Shown here: positions 15,204 to 28,200 of the stretch, piece after piece | Layout: the number at the start of each line of letters is the position of its first letter | Numbering within the stretch: the first letter of the stretch is position 1 | NCBI GenBank assembly: GCA_000165425.1 | Contig: CT868019.1 | Coordinates: 620,001-667,686, forward strand | Direction: 5' to 3' | Source: Paramecium tetraurelia | Taxonomy: Eukaryota | DNA length: 47,686 nt | Program-made: the position numbers and the translations under genes | The notes under the pieces: generated by a model | What the model saw: only the letters and a program-made list of their open reading frames with translations | Told to the model about the DNA's origin: nothing | The model's database searches: none

Positions 15204-17226
15204 ATGAAGTCAATTAAATTACTAAATTAAGTATCAATAATGAATTATATAAGGGATAATTATGCGAATGCCAAAAATAATGTGCCTCTCTTGATAGATT
15301 ATGGATCCTATACTATTAAAGCAGTAAAGACTTTCTTTTATGAGAGGGATATGCAACATCTCAAGCTCCTGATGCAGTGATTCGCAGCTATATCAATAAA
15401 TTTAAGGACTCTACACAATCAAATCAAATAGCTTAATGGGACACAGATGTGTTTAAGAATTATAGATCTCCATTTGAGAAGAATCTAATTTAGCATTTCG
15501 GTGCATTAGAATAATTAAATGATTTTGTCTTTGAAATGCTATAAGCTGGAAGACATGGCAGAGTGAATCATCCTATGATATTAACAGAGTGTTTTGCTAC
15601 TACTGATTTAGCTAGGATGATAGTTTTAGAGCAAATGTTTGAATGCTATCAAGTACCAAGTGTAATGTTAGGAGTTGATGCTTTATTTTCAGTATTTCAG
15701 GATGATTTGGAGGCGTGTTTAAAACAATCATAGTTCATCTTGGTGATCAGACTGTGTATGTAGTGCCAATAGTCAATGGTTAAGTGATATATTCCAATAT
15801 TAAAAGGCAGAATTTGGGTGGATTAAACAGTTTGAAATACTTTTATTAAACTATTTAATTAAGATACCCTTACTTGAAGTTCACATATGCTCAAATGGAT
15901 TATTGGCATAAGTAATACGCTAATGTGGCAATAGATTATTAGCTCTAACTGCATTATCTCTAGGGACCTTAACAATATTATGGATATAGAGATAAAATAT
16001 CAGAACAAAATAGATTTTATGATGATTAGTTGTAATTCTTGGATCCAATAAATATTGACATTCCTATTGTACAAAAAATTGTAAGTGCCGAGGACTTAAA
16101 AAGAAAGGATGAAAACAGACAAAGGATGAAAGTAAGATTACAGGAGTCCATTTATAAAGTAGACAAAACAAGAAGTCTCAATTTGGATAACAATTAGTGG
16201 CATTACAATAGGAATTAGAAACAGACTAAAACAATGATAAACTAAAAAAGAAAATTACAACACTCTAAGTTAAACTTGGGTTAGCGTCTAAAGAAGCTTA
16301 GAGGAATTGAAATATAATTTATTAAATGTACCTGACGATAAACTTACACCATCTTAATTAAATTAGAAGAGATATCAAAAGGTCATGCATGAATAAGCAT
16401 TACTTAAAAAATAAAAAAAAATTAGGAATTAAGTGATTACAAAAAGATGCCAATAAATTTAAATTAGAAGAACCAGAGAAATATTTGCAGATGCTTTATG
16501 AAAAAAGAGATCGTATAGTCCTTTAGATTCAAGTAAGAAAAAAATTATAATAAGAAATGAATAGTAGGAATTCAAGATTCAATTAGAAAAGAATCTAGAC
16601 TCTGGCCTTTCCTGGAGCTGATGATAAAGTAGAGGATGACTTTGGAAAAGACGATAAGGATCGGGAAATCTATAGAAGTGTTACCAAAGAAATAGACTCT
16701 GCTGATGAAAAGTCTAAATATAAACTATAAGAAATCGAATAAGAACTAAAAACTTAGATCCTGATTTTGAAATCAAATTTCTTAAATCAATTGCTAACGT
16801 ACATTAATTAGGAATGAATCTCAGTCAAGTTCAATTAAGTGTCGACCGAGTAAGAAGTTAAGAAATCTACTTCCAACTCAACTTAATTGGAGTAGAACAA
16901 AAAGGTTTGGTAGATATGATCAAATTATCATCGAAAGGTTTGGATAAACTCTTATTATAAAACATTATCCTAACTGGAGGTGCAGCAAAAACATAATGGA
17001 TTATGTAAGATTGCAAAAAATCCAATATCCGAATATGATTGTCCTATAGCTATTAAAATTACTTCTAACCCTGTATTTGGATCATGGTTTTGGGATGAAG
17101 AACTTTGCTAATAAATATTAAAGTATGCCTTCTTAATTTTCTATATCAATTGATGATTATAATGAAATTGGTACTTAAAAATGGGAAATATTTAAATAGC
17201 ATCCATTTTCAAATATTGTTGATTGA
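15204..17226 (+). pseudogene. ARP5: Actin-related protein 5 (INO80 complex subunit), frameshifted copy
   Basis: Actin-fold motifs PLLIDYGSYTIKA|GYA, HPMILTE, EQMFECYQVPSVMLGVDALFS, IVHLGDQTVYVVPI, NIILTGG, plus Arp5-type insert KYNLLNVPDDKLTPSQL..KR.QK and DDFGKDDKD; at least six frame breaks. Start approximate. Confidence 0.85.
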
Positions 17227-17353
17227 TGAATTTTATGCATATTTTTATAAATTCTGCATTCTTCATATAACATATCAGATAAAAAGTTAATTTCACTTAC
17301 ACACACTTTTTAAGTAACTAGTATATTTACATTTTATTCTAACAAAAAATATC

Positions 17354-18310
17354 ATGAGTAAGTAATTCCAAGTCTTAATCAAGTGATTGAATAGATTTTA
17401 AGAGATCATCAAAATTTGATGAATAATAAATTCAAGATTTTATAGATTTTCATCTTGAATTATGATTAAACGATTCATTAATGTATTTTGATGGGTTTAT
17501 CTGTTAAAATGATCTATTTATTAACAAATAGAGTAAATAGTAAGATGTTCCTGGATTTGGGATATGAAAAGTATTTTTTGTGGGATCTAAAAAAGTGAAT
17601 GCTTTTATTTAGAGTATTTTTGCTTTTAAATAAAAATTAATATCAAGATTCTAAATGTTTTAATCTATAGGTTAAGAAGTGACCTGATGAAATATACTCA
17701 ACATAATAGATTCTGCCATCAACTAATCCTAAACTAATATCACAACACCTGGAGGGTAAATATAAGATCTTAGGGGGTGCAAGCAATTTATAATGCTCTC
17801 GATAAAGTTCTGAACTAAAATCTAACTAAATGATGTTAAAAGCTAGGAGATCAGGTTGATAATAATAGCGTGATCATTAGAAAATGTTAAATCCTTATGA
17901 ATCTGAAAAAGAAGTAGAAGTTTGAAAATTTGATGCATAGTTAAAGACAATCGCTTGTAAAATAATGGAGGAAACTTCAAGAAGAATCATTTTAAAATGA
18001 CAATTATCATAATTTGTAATAATGAACCAGCTTGAATCCCAATTTTCCTTAATTTAATGATTTTAGAGATCTCAAGAATATTGGGAATTTATAATCAAAA
18101 TAAGAAGGCAATTTTAAGTCTGATAAAAGACTTATTATTGGGGTATTATATTTTCAAGGGAAGAGAGGTAGATAAGAGAGTTTATAGATGATGTGCTGAG
18201 TGGGTTTGCCTCATTTTGTGGAAAGTCCAATGAAGTAATCGGAAAATGGGTTAGAGGCATTTTATTGGAATGAGTTAGTGATGCTTATTTTTTTACAGGA
18301 TTTTTAGATC
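17354..18310 (+). pseudogene. Degenerate coding remnant, family unassigned
   Basis: Coding-like composition with short peptide-like runs in shifting frames (QVIEQILRDHQNLMNNK; IGKWVRGIYWNE) and many TGAs. Confidence 0.3.
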
Positions 18311-18348
18311 TTAAAAGATCAATTAAATAATACATTATTTATTATATT

Positions 18349-20979
18349 ATGGAACACAGATAACTATTAGAAACTCTGGTTGTCGATTTATTAAATAGTC
18401 CTGTCAACCCATTAATTTAAGTACACTTTCAAAATATGTTAGTATCGAGACTTTCAAATTTAACACATTTGTAAATAAATAGGAGTTAATGAATATGGAG
18501 GTTAAAGAGATGCAATTTTCTTTAAGCATTTTGCTTCCCATTTTATTTCATATTTAAATGAAAAAAATGAACTTTCATCTATCATTTAATAAGCTCAAAT
18601 ATCTAGAAACTAGTCTAAAGCACAGGAACTATAAGAAAATAAATAAATTGCATTACCGCAAAAAGTTTAGTAATTTGTAAGTCCCATCTGTGTAAAACCA
18701 AAAAATGATACGGCTTAAATAATTGATGATGAAATAGGGGACTCCAATAAGCGAAAAATTGATTTGGAGACATTTGTACCTAAATCATATATGCCTGTGC
18801 CAAATTTTATTGGGGTTAATTTCGACATTAATAATAATCAATTTAATAAAACAAATGATAACTCTAAACATACATCTACAAAAACAGCATCAACCAAATA
18901 GGATAATAAACCTAAAGATTTGAAAGTCATTCCTGATCTCATAGTCAAAAAGAAAAATGAGAAAACCCCTCAAAAAATTGACAACAATAATAAAACATAT
19001 ACATTTCTTGAACCTGTTGAATTCAAGGAAACTTAATTAAATAGATCTCTGCAATCTAAAACAGAGCTCTAAAATAATTGCAAAAAGAAAAAGCTGTCCC
19101 CATCTTTGGACTTAATTAAAAAAAAAGATATCAAACCATTCAAACCATTCAAACCAGATTCTCAATCTGAATCACTTGAAATAAGAACCTCAGAAGATTT
19201 ATCAATGAGAGAAGATAGCATTAAAAGGAAAGAGAACATCAAATTATAAAATAAATAAGAGAAGAAATTAAGTAAGGACTTAGAAAATTTTAATAAAAAA
19301 GAAAAACTCTAGAAAATTGAAAAAAAAAAACATTCAGAAGCTGATATTAAATAACAACTTGAAAAATCAACTAAATAGATTATTCCAATGATTGACAAAA
19401 AGGAAAGGAAGAAAAAAGAAAGGTTGGAAATTGATAAATTAAGAAAAGAGAAAAGGGAATTAGAAAGATAATAATAATTAAAAGAGAAAAATTAAATATT
19501 AGAAAGATTAGAAAAAGAAAAATAGAATAAAGAGAAATTAGAAAAAGAAAGATTGGAGAAGGAACGCTTAGATAAATTTGAGAAAGAAAGAACAGAAAGA
19601 TTAGAAAAAGAAAGATAAGATAGAATTGAACTCTTAGAAAAATAAAGGTAAGAAAGGGAAAAATAGGATAGATTAGAAAAGGAAAGATAGGAAAGATTAG
19701 AAAGAAGCGATAAACATAGATAAAAGGAAACTTAAGAATTAGAATCAATCATTGAAAAATTATTATGTGCTAATCCCAATGATTCTTCTAAAGTTAAAAA
19801 AAATTAAGAATAAGTAATAATTGTTGATAGCAATGATAAAGTAACCAAAAAACTAGAAAAAGAATAATCAAAACTAGAAAAACCTCAATGTAATTATTGC
19901 AAAAATATGGATTCCAAAACTATTGAAATCTAGGATGGAGTAAGAATATGTACATAATGTTTGCTAGTATCCATCAATCCATTCTAAAAAATCATAACAA
20001 AATTAGCTTATATTGAATACAAATACTCAGGAAAAGAAAATGCAAAAACTTGCCAAACCTTCACTATTGATACTTCAACCAATTGCAATCTTGAAATAAG
20101 ATGTGTAGCCTTGAATAAATAAGGATTATATGATTTGACTTTTCCAATGTCCTGCACTCTCTTAATTAATGGAGTCACTATAAAAGAGATCAGACCATTG
20201 TAAGAAAAATCTAGTCTGAAAAAAAGAAGGGATACTTCAATTTACATAAATGTAAAAGATTTAATCAGATAAAATAACTATTCAAAGAAATTTTTATTCT
20301 CTATAATAGAACGCCTAGCTGAATAATAATATCGTAAAGACACAGTTGGTTCAATCTATTGTTTTGGTTTGTTTTTGGTAGAACCTTTAAATGTGATACA
20401 AACAATTGAGAAATTTAAATCATTAGATATTTAACCAAAGATTAAAGCAGACTAAAGTAAAAAAGAAATATAAGTTGCTAAAACAATCATTAGTCTCTAT
20501 TGTTAATTCACTTTAGAATTAATTCAAATTCCGGCAAAGTAACCGTTATATTCATTAATTTAGGGGTGAATTTTGTTAGCATGAATAGTGCTTTTGTTTG
20601 TGTAGTTTCCTTGAGATGATGATTAAGGTAGAACACAAAAAATGGATATGTCCAATATGCAAAAAGGTGTGCTTCCATTTGGTTATTGATAAATACCAAT
20701 TGTTTATTATTGAAAGAATCAAACAATTGGAAATTTCAATTGACCAGTTAGCATTAGACCATAATGTATTTATCATACTAAATATAGGGTTAATTAGATA
20801 AAGATGAATAAATAAATTTAATATTGTAAGATTAAACAATAAAAACATATTAAGACATAGTTGATAGGGGATATCGGAATATTAATAAGATTAATAAAAA
20901 TGAGGATGAAGATGATATTCCAATAGTAACTAATGCTGGAAAGAGTTAAAATTTAGCTATAATTTTGATTGACGATTGA
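18349..20979 (+). CDS. Siz/PIAS-like SP-RING (MIZ zinc finger) SUMO E3 ligase
   Basis: ATG 18349; introns 18421-18442, 20539-20563, ~20766-20787; SP-RING ISLYCQFTLELIQIPAKGEFCQHEQCFCLCSF...WICPICKK; upstream CNYC..CTQC..INPF; C-terminal SIM-like AIILIDD; TGA 20977-20979. Confidence 0.88.
19400..19745 (+). repeat. Low-complexity charged coding repeat (ERLEKE-like) inside the SP-RING gene
   Basis: Recurrent tta gaa aaa gaa aga; the 122-aa F/L/I-rich minus ORF in the track is its antisense shadow. Confidence 0.8.
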
Positions 20980-21169
20980 GCATTAATTCTTTTTAAATTA
21001 TACCGATATATCTTGTTAATAATTTTAATGTTTAGCAATTATTAGATAATATATTTCCCACTCTTTACCTTAATAGCTTATAATTCAATTTGCTAAAATT
21101 AGATAAATTACTAAAGCAGTTTTATTTTTAATATTATTTCAGAAATATTAATTTTATCAATATCTATAA

Positions 21170-21745
21170 TAGTGTTTTAATTGACAAAGCCATATAAATA
21201 ACCTTATCTTGAGCATTATACAATATTCTTTTCTTGTCATTTTGTTATTCTTCCACTTTCTTCATAACGGCTTCCATTAGTGTTAATAATCTTCTCTTTT
21301 CCAAGTCTAAAACTATTCCTCTTCATTCCTTAATATCTGTATTCATTGGAGATTTTTCCTTCACATTTTCAATTAATATTTCTTACTAAAATAGAATAAC
21401 TAGGGCTTTTTACTTTTTTGTTCCTTTCTAATTAGACCTAATAAATCATATTAATTCAAATATTATTTGAGATAAATCTTATTTCTATTATTTTCCACAT
21501 GCTATTCTTGAGGTTACTCTAAGATAATTTATAAAGGACTAATCAATTATTTGCATTTGGATGTCTATCTAATTTGTCAATTAATAATTAGGCTATTAGT
21601 CTTTATGATATGCACAATTCTATTCAAAATATGGAATTTTGTATTCGTTCTGTTTTGTAATCTGGAAGCTAAATTAGTTAAAATGAAATATAAGATTTGA
21701 ATTATTTATAAATTTATGTGCAGATCCTTCTTCCTATCTTAACAT
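21170..21745 (-). pseudogene. Degenerate MORN-repeat protein remnant
   Basis: Fragments YQGMKRNSFRLGKEKIINTNGSRYE / WKNNKM / ILYNAQDKVIY resemble MORN units (Y.G.WKNNKM.G.G.LY) but with glycines lost, frameshifts and TGAs. Confidence 0.5.
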
Positions 21746-22419
21746 TACACTTTCAATTATACAATGTTAAAATCAAATTCTTTACTTTGATATTTAAATT
21801 ATTAATTAATATAATATTATGCAACATATCTACTTAATTTTATATCTAATTGATGTTATACAAGATCTGCATCAGTTTATAATATTTAACTTAAAGGAAT
21901 GTGTTAATTCTTTTCTTCAAATTCTAATTATACAAAAATTCTTAAGCTTTCAATATTGAAAACATCTTATTGTTATATTTTCACTTTCGTAAATAATTAT
22001 GTAAATTTTTTACTAATTGTCTGGATGAGACTTATCAAGAATTTAAGAGGGATTTGAATTACATGAAAAACAATTTTCAAATTCCTGATAGGAATACGTA
22101 AAGAAATAATTTTTAAATTCATATATATTATTATGCAACATGTTTTCATGCAAACATATCATTATTCACAACCTTCATAACAATATTCAGAAAATATATA
22201 TTTATTTTATAAATATAACAATTATTCAATGCACAGAAAATCTTGTTTGTTATTATAGACAACATGTAAATTGACTCAGATAATGACTCCAAGCTCTTAT
22301 AGTTGCATGGATATAAGCTAGCTTAATAATGTAGATATCAAATTATTAGTTTTAATGTAAATTAATTATTAACTGTATCATAAAACTTACATGAATAGTT
22401 AAACATGCATGTATTAAAA

Positions 22420-23516
22420 ATGGTAGAAAGCAAAAGTAAGGATACAAATATAATAAAAATTAAGGATACGATAAAAATATTATATAAGGCTTAAAAAAAC
22501 ATCTTGAAGCAAATTGAAAATAGGGTATAAAGATCACTAATTACAGAAAAAATTATATAGCGAATTGGAATAAAATTTTTAGTTTGAAAACTAAATATGA
22601 TGACTTAAAGGGTTAAAATAAAACCGTAAGACAAAAATTGGTGAATTAATTCATCAAAATTAATTAAATTATCATAACTATTAATTGCAATCTAAGTTAA
22701 ATCGTGATTTAAACCGTAAAGTAACTAATTTATAATAAAGGTTGGAAATCATATTAGAAAAAGATTGACCTAATAAATCTGTTCATCCACTTAATTATAA
22801 TATTTATTACTATATAATTTTGTATAAGAAATTGATGCGCCATATTTTGATATTTCAGAAAGAAAATGTAAATTAAGTATATTAGAAAAACTGTAATTGA
22901 GTGAAGCAATGTAAAAAATAATGAGAATTATAATTAAAGAATTATGAAATATCTCTATTAACTGAATAATATAAATCACCTCAACAAAGAATAAGTAAAC
23001 TCTATTAAAAACTCGAATTGATGAAAGAATTTCAATAAGAGAATTAGAAAATTTACCCCTGGATAGTGCGGAATGGATACAAATAGATGATATATATAAA
23101 TAAAGATTACTCAAAATTTTGATTCGATATTAACTCTGTGATAATTTGGATTTTAGAATCAATGCGTTTAAATTAGGATTTAATGATACATCATGAACAA
23201 TAATTAAAGAATAAGGAGCCACAGTATTTACTTAAATGGTTATGAAGTCAACTTAGAAATAATTCAATGAATCCATATAGTTGGTAAATTTCCAATATCT
23301 ATCATTTAAAGACTTTTCAGAAACCAAATATAAAGCTTAAATAGCTGATATCCTTATAATAGAATGATATTATTGTGTTAGTTAAATCTAGGACAACATT
23401 TAGCATTAACGATTTTATTGAAACTCCATAAAAAGTAGATGCAATTCATTGAATATAATTTTAAACATATTTTTATGTGCTAAAATACTAGATTTTAGAT
23501 ATTAGATGCTCAAATG
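22420..23516 (+). pseudogene. Probable decayed gene (strand ambiguous; see findings)
   Basis: Plus frame gives E/K-rich protein-like text (TRIDERISIRELENLPLDSAEWIQIDDIYKQRLLKIL) broken by in-frame TGAs at 22945, 22963, 23194 and 23365. Confidence 0.4.
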
Positions 23517-23581
23517 AGTCTTCTCTCTATTTTATAGAATAGAAAATATAAAATATACAATAAACAATAATTGATAAATTA

Positions 23582-23977
23582 TCAATATTAATCTGTTTGG
23601 TTGGTGCTCGAAATAGACCAAGCTCTAATCTCGCATTTTAATTTTATTAATTTTTCTCTATTTAAGTCTTTGGGCTTTTTTTTATACTTTTCTCTTTGTG
23701 ATTGTTGTGCAGATTTTATAAGAATGCTTTTAAGAGGTAAAAGAGAATATCTCTTTTTTATTTCTATTGATCTTGAATATGCAGTTAGGGCTTATGGGTT
23801 TTCGGAGCTATCCCTCATATTCAGTCTAAAGGTAAGTAGATTTGATCTCAGATCAAAATCATTCTATCTCATTTCTTAAATTTGGAATCTGTTTTTTCTT
23901 GTTGATTAATGAATTTGGTTCCTAATTTGCATAATCAATTAGTTCAGTCCAACTTCATAACAATTAATTTTGGACAT
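23582..23977 (-). CDS. Small basic hypothetical protein (131 aa)
   Basis: ATG 23977 (MSKINCYEVGLNQLIM...SLLPLKSILIK...CEIRAWSISSTNQTDQY), TGA 23582-23584, uninterrupted frame. Confidence 0.65.
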
Positions 23978-25213
23978 TATTATATTTTATAGATTCTTAA
24001 GGAATTGAATTGTATTTAAATTATAATTTATAGATTTTATGGAATTTGCTATTAATCAGTTTTTAATTAATATGTGGAATTCATTAAAATATATATTTCA
24101 ATAATTAAAATTTCGATTTTCTTATTTCCGAAACAATTCAATTTTATTAATTATAATCATATATATATATTAGTTAAACATAATAATTTTATAAATACAT
24201 TATTATCCACTAATTTATAATTTAATTATTTATAATGTATCTCTGTGAATTGTAAAGAATAAATGAGAATTCACTTCATTTTGATTTAAAAATCTCATTG
24301 CTTTTATGTTATAATTTGAAAATTACCCAGAAAAAAAAATTAAACAATATTAACCATCATTTGTATATAAAATTAGAATAATATCAATTTTTTGATTGAT
24401 GCCATCTGCATTTATTACGATGTGCCAATTGTCATAATAAATACATCTCTAATACTGTAAATTAATCAAAATAGTTAATTCTAACTGAAAGAGTTGGCCG
24501 ATATTGAATCATTTTAAAAGATAAACATTTTTGCGCAGCTCCATCAATCATTTCAAAAAGTTAATAACCTCATATTTATATTCAATTCATGGAAAAAAGA
24601 AATAAATCAATCAATTCAATCTATAAACAACATTTAAGGGATGGCTGGTTTAGCAAAGTATTTTATCAAATATGTATCAAATAAATAAGTCACTAAATCT
24701 TCAACTTTCAAGACTTATTTGCACATTATTTTATAAAAACTAAAACATCACCAAAAATGTAATACAAATAATCAATCACTCTTTTCAAGGTATTTTTTTT
24801 TTGGATAACAAACAGTTTAAATAAAACAATATTGAAATTTAATAATGGAAGAAATTTAGGAATTAAATAGATGGATCATTAACTGAAATGAAACATATAT
24901 TGACTTATAATGTTTTTGTTCACGCTAATCTCAAAAAAAATAGATTATTAATTAATATTGATTTCTAAATATGTATAATATCATATTCAGACAGTACTAA
25001 TAATTCTTTATTTATCATAAATGCACATCTGCTCCCTCAATGAAATGAGTCTCAGTTGTTATTATTATGAAATTATTAATTTAAATATCTATAAATTAAT
25101 ATCCAAATAACATTTTATTACTACAAATTATGGGTTTCTCATTTTGAATCCAAAAAATTTCACACTCTTATAAAATGAGAACTTAATATATATATTTAAT
25201 TTATTTATTAAAA

Positions 25214-28200
25214 ATGAAAATTAATTAATACATATATGTAAAATTAATTGAAAAAATTTGTTTACTTGGAAAGATGGATTACTTTAATGATGATAATAAA
25301 AAAATAATTTAAATGTTATAGCATAATACAATATTGGATTCACATAGCAAATTAAATTTAAACAATAGTCACAATAACAAATATTAAATCGAATACTGAT
25401 TATTAGAATTTGACTACTTTATTTTATGGATTGTATATTTCAATAATAAGACCTGAAATTGGAATTATAAACTATATTCCAATCGAAATTATATTTATTG
25501 TTACACTAACTATGGTCATTTTACATAAGCTAATTATTGGGCTATTATTATATAATTTTTAAAATTATTTTAACACTCATCTAACTCTGATTAATTAATT
25601 ATTACTCTTATTTGTTGGAATTTATTAATAAAACATTTGTAAATTTTTAGGATTGATTTTGCAGACAATTTGCTTTATGTAAATATAAAAATCACAAGAA
25701 TAAATCTAATATATAAGATGATCATGGTTAATTGTATGCATCATCTAAATTGACATATTTATTAGCTTTGTGATAACAGAATCCCCTTTGACTTACAAAA
25801 TCCTATTTTACGAAAGACGCGAGTATTTGTCTCAACTTTGTTCTCTAATATTTTGGGATTGCTCTCTCATATCCTGTATTTGACAGTTTAAATGAAATAA
25901 ATTCAAACCAAATATTGCTTATCACTTCCATCCTAACTATTCTAATTTCATTGGTAGAAATTATAGAATAATTATATGAGCAGATTTACATTTACAAAGA
26001 AGCACAAATTATCTTATTTGTTATTAATATTTTTGATATCTTATATGCGATTGATATTATTTGGGGAATAGCAACTTAAAGTGAATGATAAGTACGATAA
26101 ATCTTAATAATGTTATATCCAATTTTACTTTATTTGGCAATAATGATTAACAAGAAATAAGATAGTCATTGGTTGCAGAGCTTAAGTTCCTCTACTGAGA
26201 TAATTTTAGATAAATTCAAGTATTCCCTAATTAAGACTCTGAATAAGATCTAAGAAGAATAACCCATCACACTTATTCATGATGCATTTATCTACCTATC
26301 ACATAAGCAATTTTGTTAAAGCTTCATAATGCATTTGCTCATACAACTTCTTCATTATTCTGATGTGTCAAAGATCGCTCCCTTTGAGTATCTTAGGTGA
26401 GACAGTCCTATTACCAAGGCGAACTAAGATAGTTATCTTGTTTAGTTTATCACTCAGTTTAGAGTTCAAGAGCAAAATTATTAGAGTAAGTTATAAATCA
26501 TTCGATCATGTAATATGATTTTGGTTTATCCATTGTTGCAATTAAAACACTCAATTCTATTTTAATAAGTGATTCTTAATCTACTTATTTTTCAATTGCA
26601 CTTTAATCTTCAAGTACGGTATAAACAAAAATCGATACAAATACGCTTGCACTATCAAATAATTCAGAAACAGCTGAATTAAGGGAATGTAACTTCAACT
26701 TTAAGGTTAATCTATCTCTTATCCAAAGAATTAAGATAAGAATAGTTATAAGCATAGCTAAATGTGAAATGAAGAATTTATTGTCTTAATCATTCTATAC
26801 TTACTCTTAGAATGTTATTATTGATTATTTATAAAAATTTCTTACATTTGAATTTTAAATGGATGATATTAAAACATTGATTATTTAATAGGCCTAATAA
26901 AAAGTTAACTATTATTAAAAACTAAATCAAGATAGTTCTTTTAATCTTAATAATATTATATAAATAACAAGAGATACTTGTAGATTGCTTATAAAAACAA
27001 ACAAAATACTGAAATCTAAATTTTCAGAATTTCCATGTCTGAGCATTCAAAACGCCATCTGTTATTATGAATCTGAAATTAGTAACAATTATCATGAAGC
27101 CAGAAAAATCAGTAATCAAACTTCAATGTCTGATGAAAAATTTCTCATGTTTAATTCAAGCTTAATTAATAATAAAGATAAGATTGGTTACCTTATAATT
27201 GAAATTTCAAATGATTTTAAATAAACAGAGATTAAATTTGCTTCTAATTAGTTCTAAAAATTATTTGAAAGAAAAAGTTTTGACCAAAAGTTACAATTAG
27301 ATGATTTATTACCGAAATTTCTTATTAAATATCATCCCTCCTTAATGGAGAATTTTTTAATAACAGGTCATTCAAAATTTTTCTAAAACTTCCAGTTAAA
27401 TTTTTTAAACACAAAGGATGGATTAATAAAAGGAGTTAGAATGTGTTATGATTTAACTAAAATAGAAAAATAATAAGATTAATTGATTTTTGCAGTTTTC
27501 TTCTAAGAATTGTCTGATTGCAAATCCTATATTTTAGTTGATGGAACTACAAAATTTAGTTATTTTAGCGAAAGCTTTTTTAAAAAAATAGGATTTTAAG
27601 ACCATGAGATTAAATTTATCAAATCTTCAAACATCTTATTAAATTTATCAATTACATATTTATTACCTGATTATGATACATTGATTGATATAAATGAATC
27701 AGAAATTAAATTATAAGGAGTTGATTTATATTTTGCCAACGTCTTTAGATTATTTAGCACTATTTTTACAGAAAAAAAAGTCCAAAATTCTTTTAACACA
27801 CTTTCAAAAATTACTTGGCAAAGAAAGGATAAATTATTTAAATATAGCGTGAATTTATAAATAACGAGAAGATAATTTAAAGAGTTTTATTATATAATAA
27901 TAGAAATTTTGTCAATAGAATCAAATTCATAAACGAATATCATAGATTCGATAAATCGAATTGAATTTTAAGATTATTTATAAAAAAATGAATGTTCGAT
28001 AAGTGAAGAATCTGAAAGTTATTCTTCCGGGCAATTAAACATTCAATGCTAGGATGTACCAAATAAAGTTGAAGTATTTCAAGGACTAAAAAATGAATTC
28101 ATTTTATCTCATCATTATTTAGATTCATTAAGTTAACCAAGAATTACAATTTGTGAACCAGGAAGATTTATTACACCTAATGAAAGTTCATCCGATACCA

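Noticed and set aside
19380..19748. 122-aa hydrophobic minus-strand ORF in the track
   Set aside because: Antisense shadow of the E/K/R-rich repeat in the SP-RING gene.
22800..23370. TGA recoding (selenocysteine, or Trp as in a mitochondrial insert)
   Set aside because: The frame is full of TAA, which would stop a mitochondrial-code ORF, and no SECIS or redox motif is recognisable; nonsense mutation is simpler.
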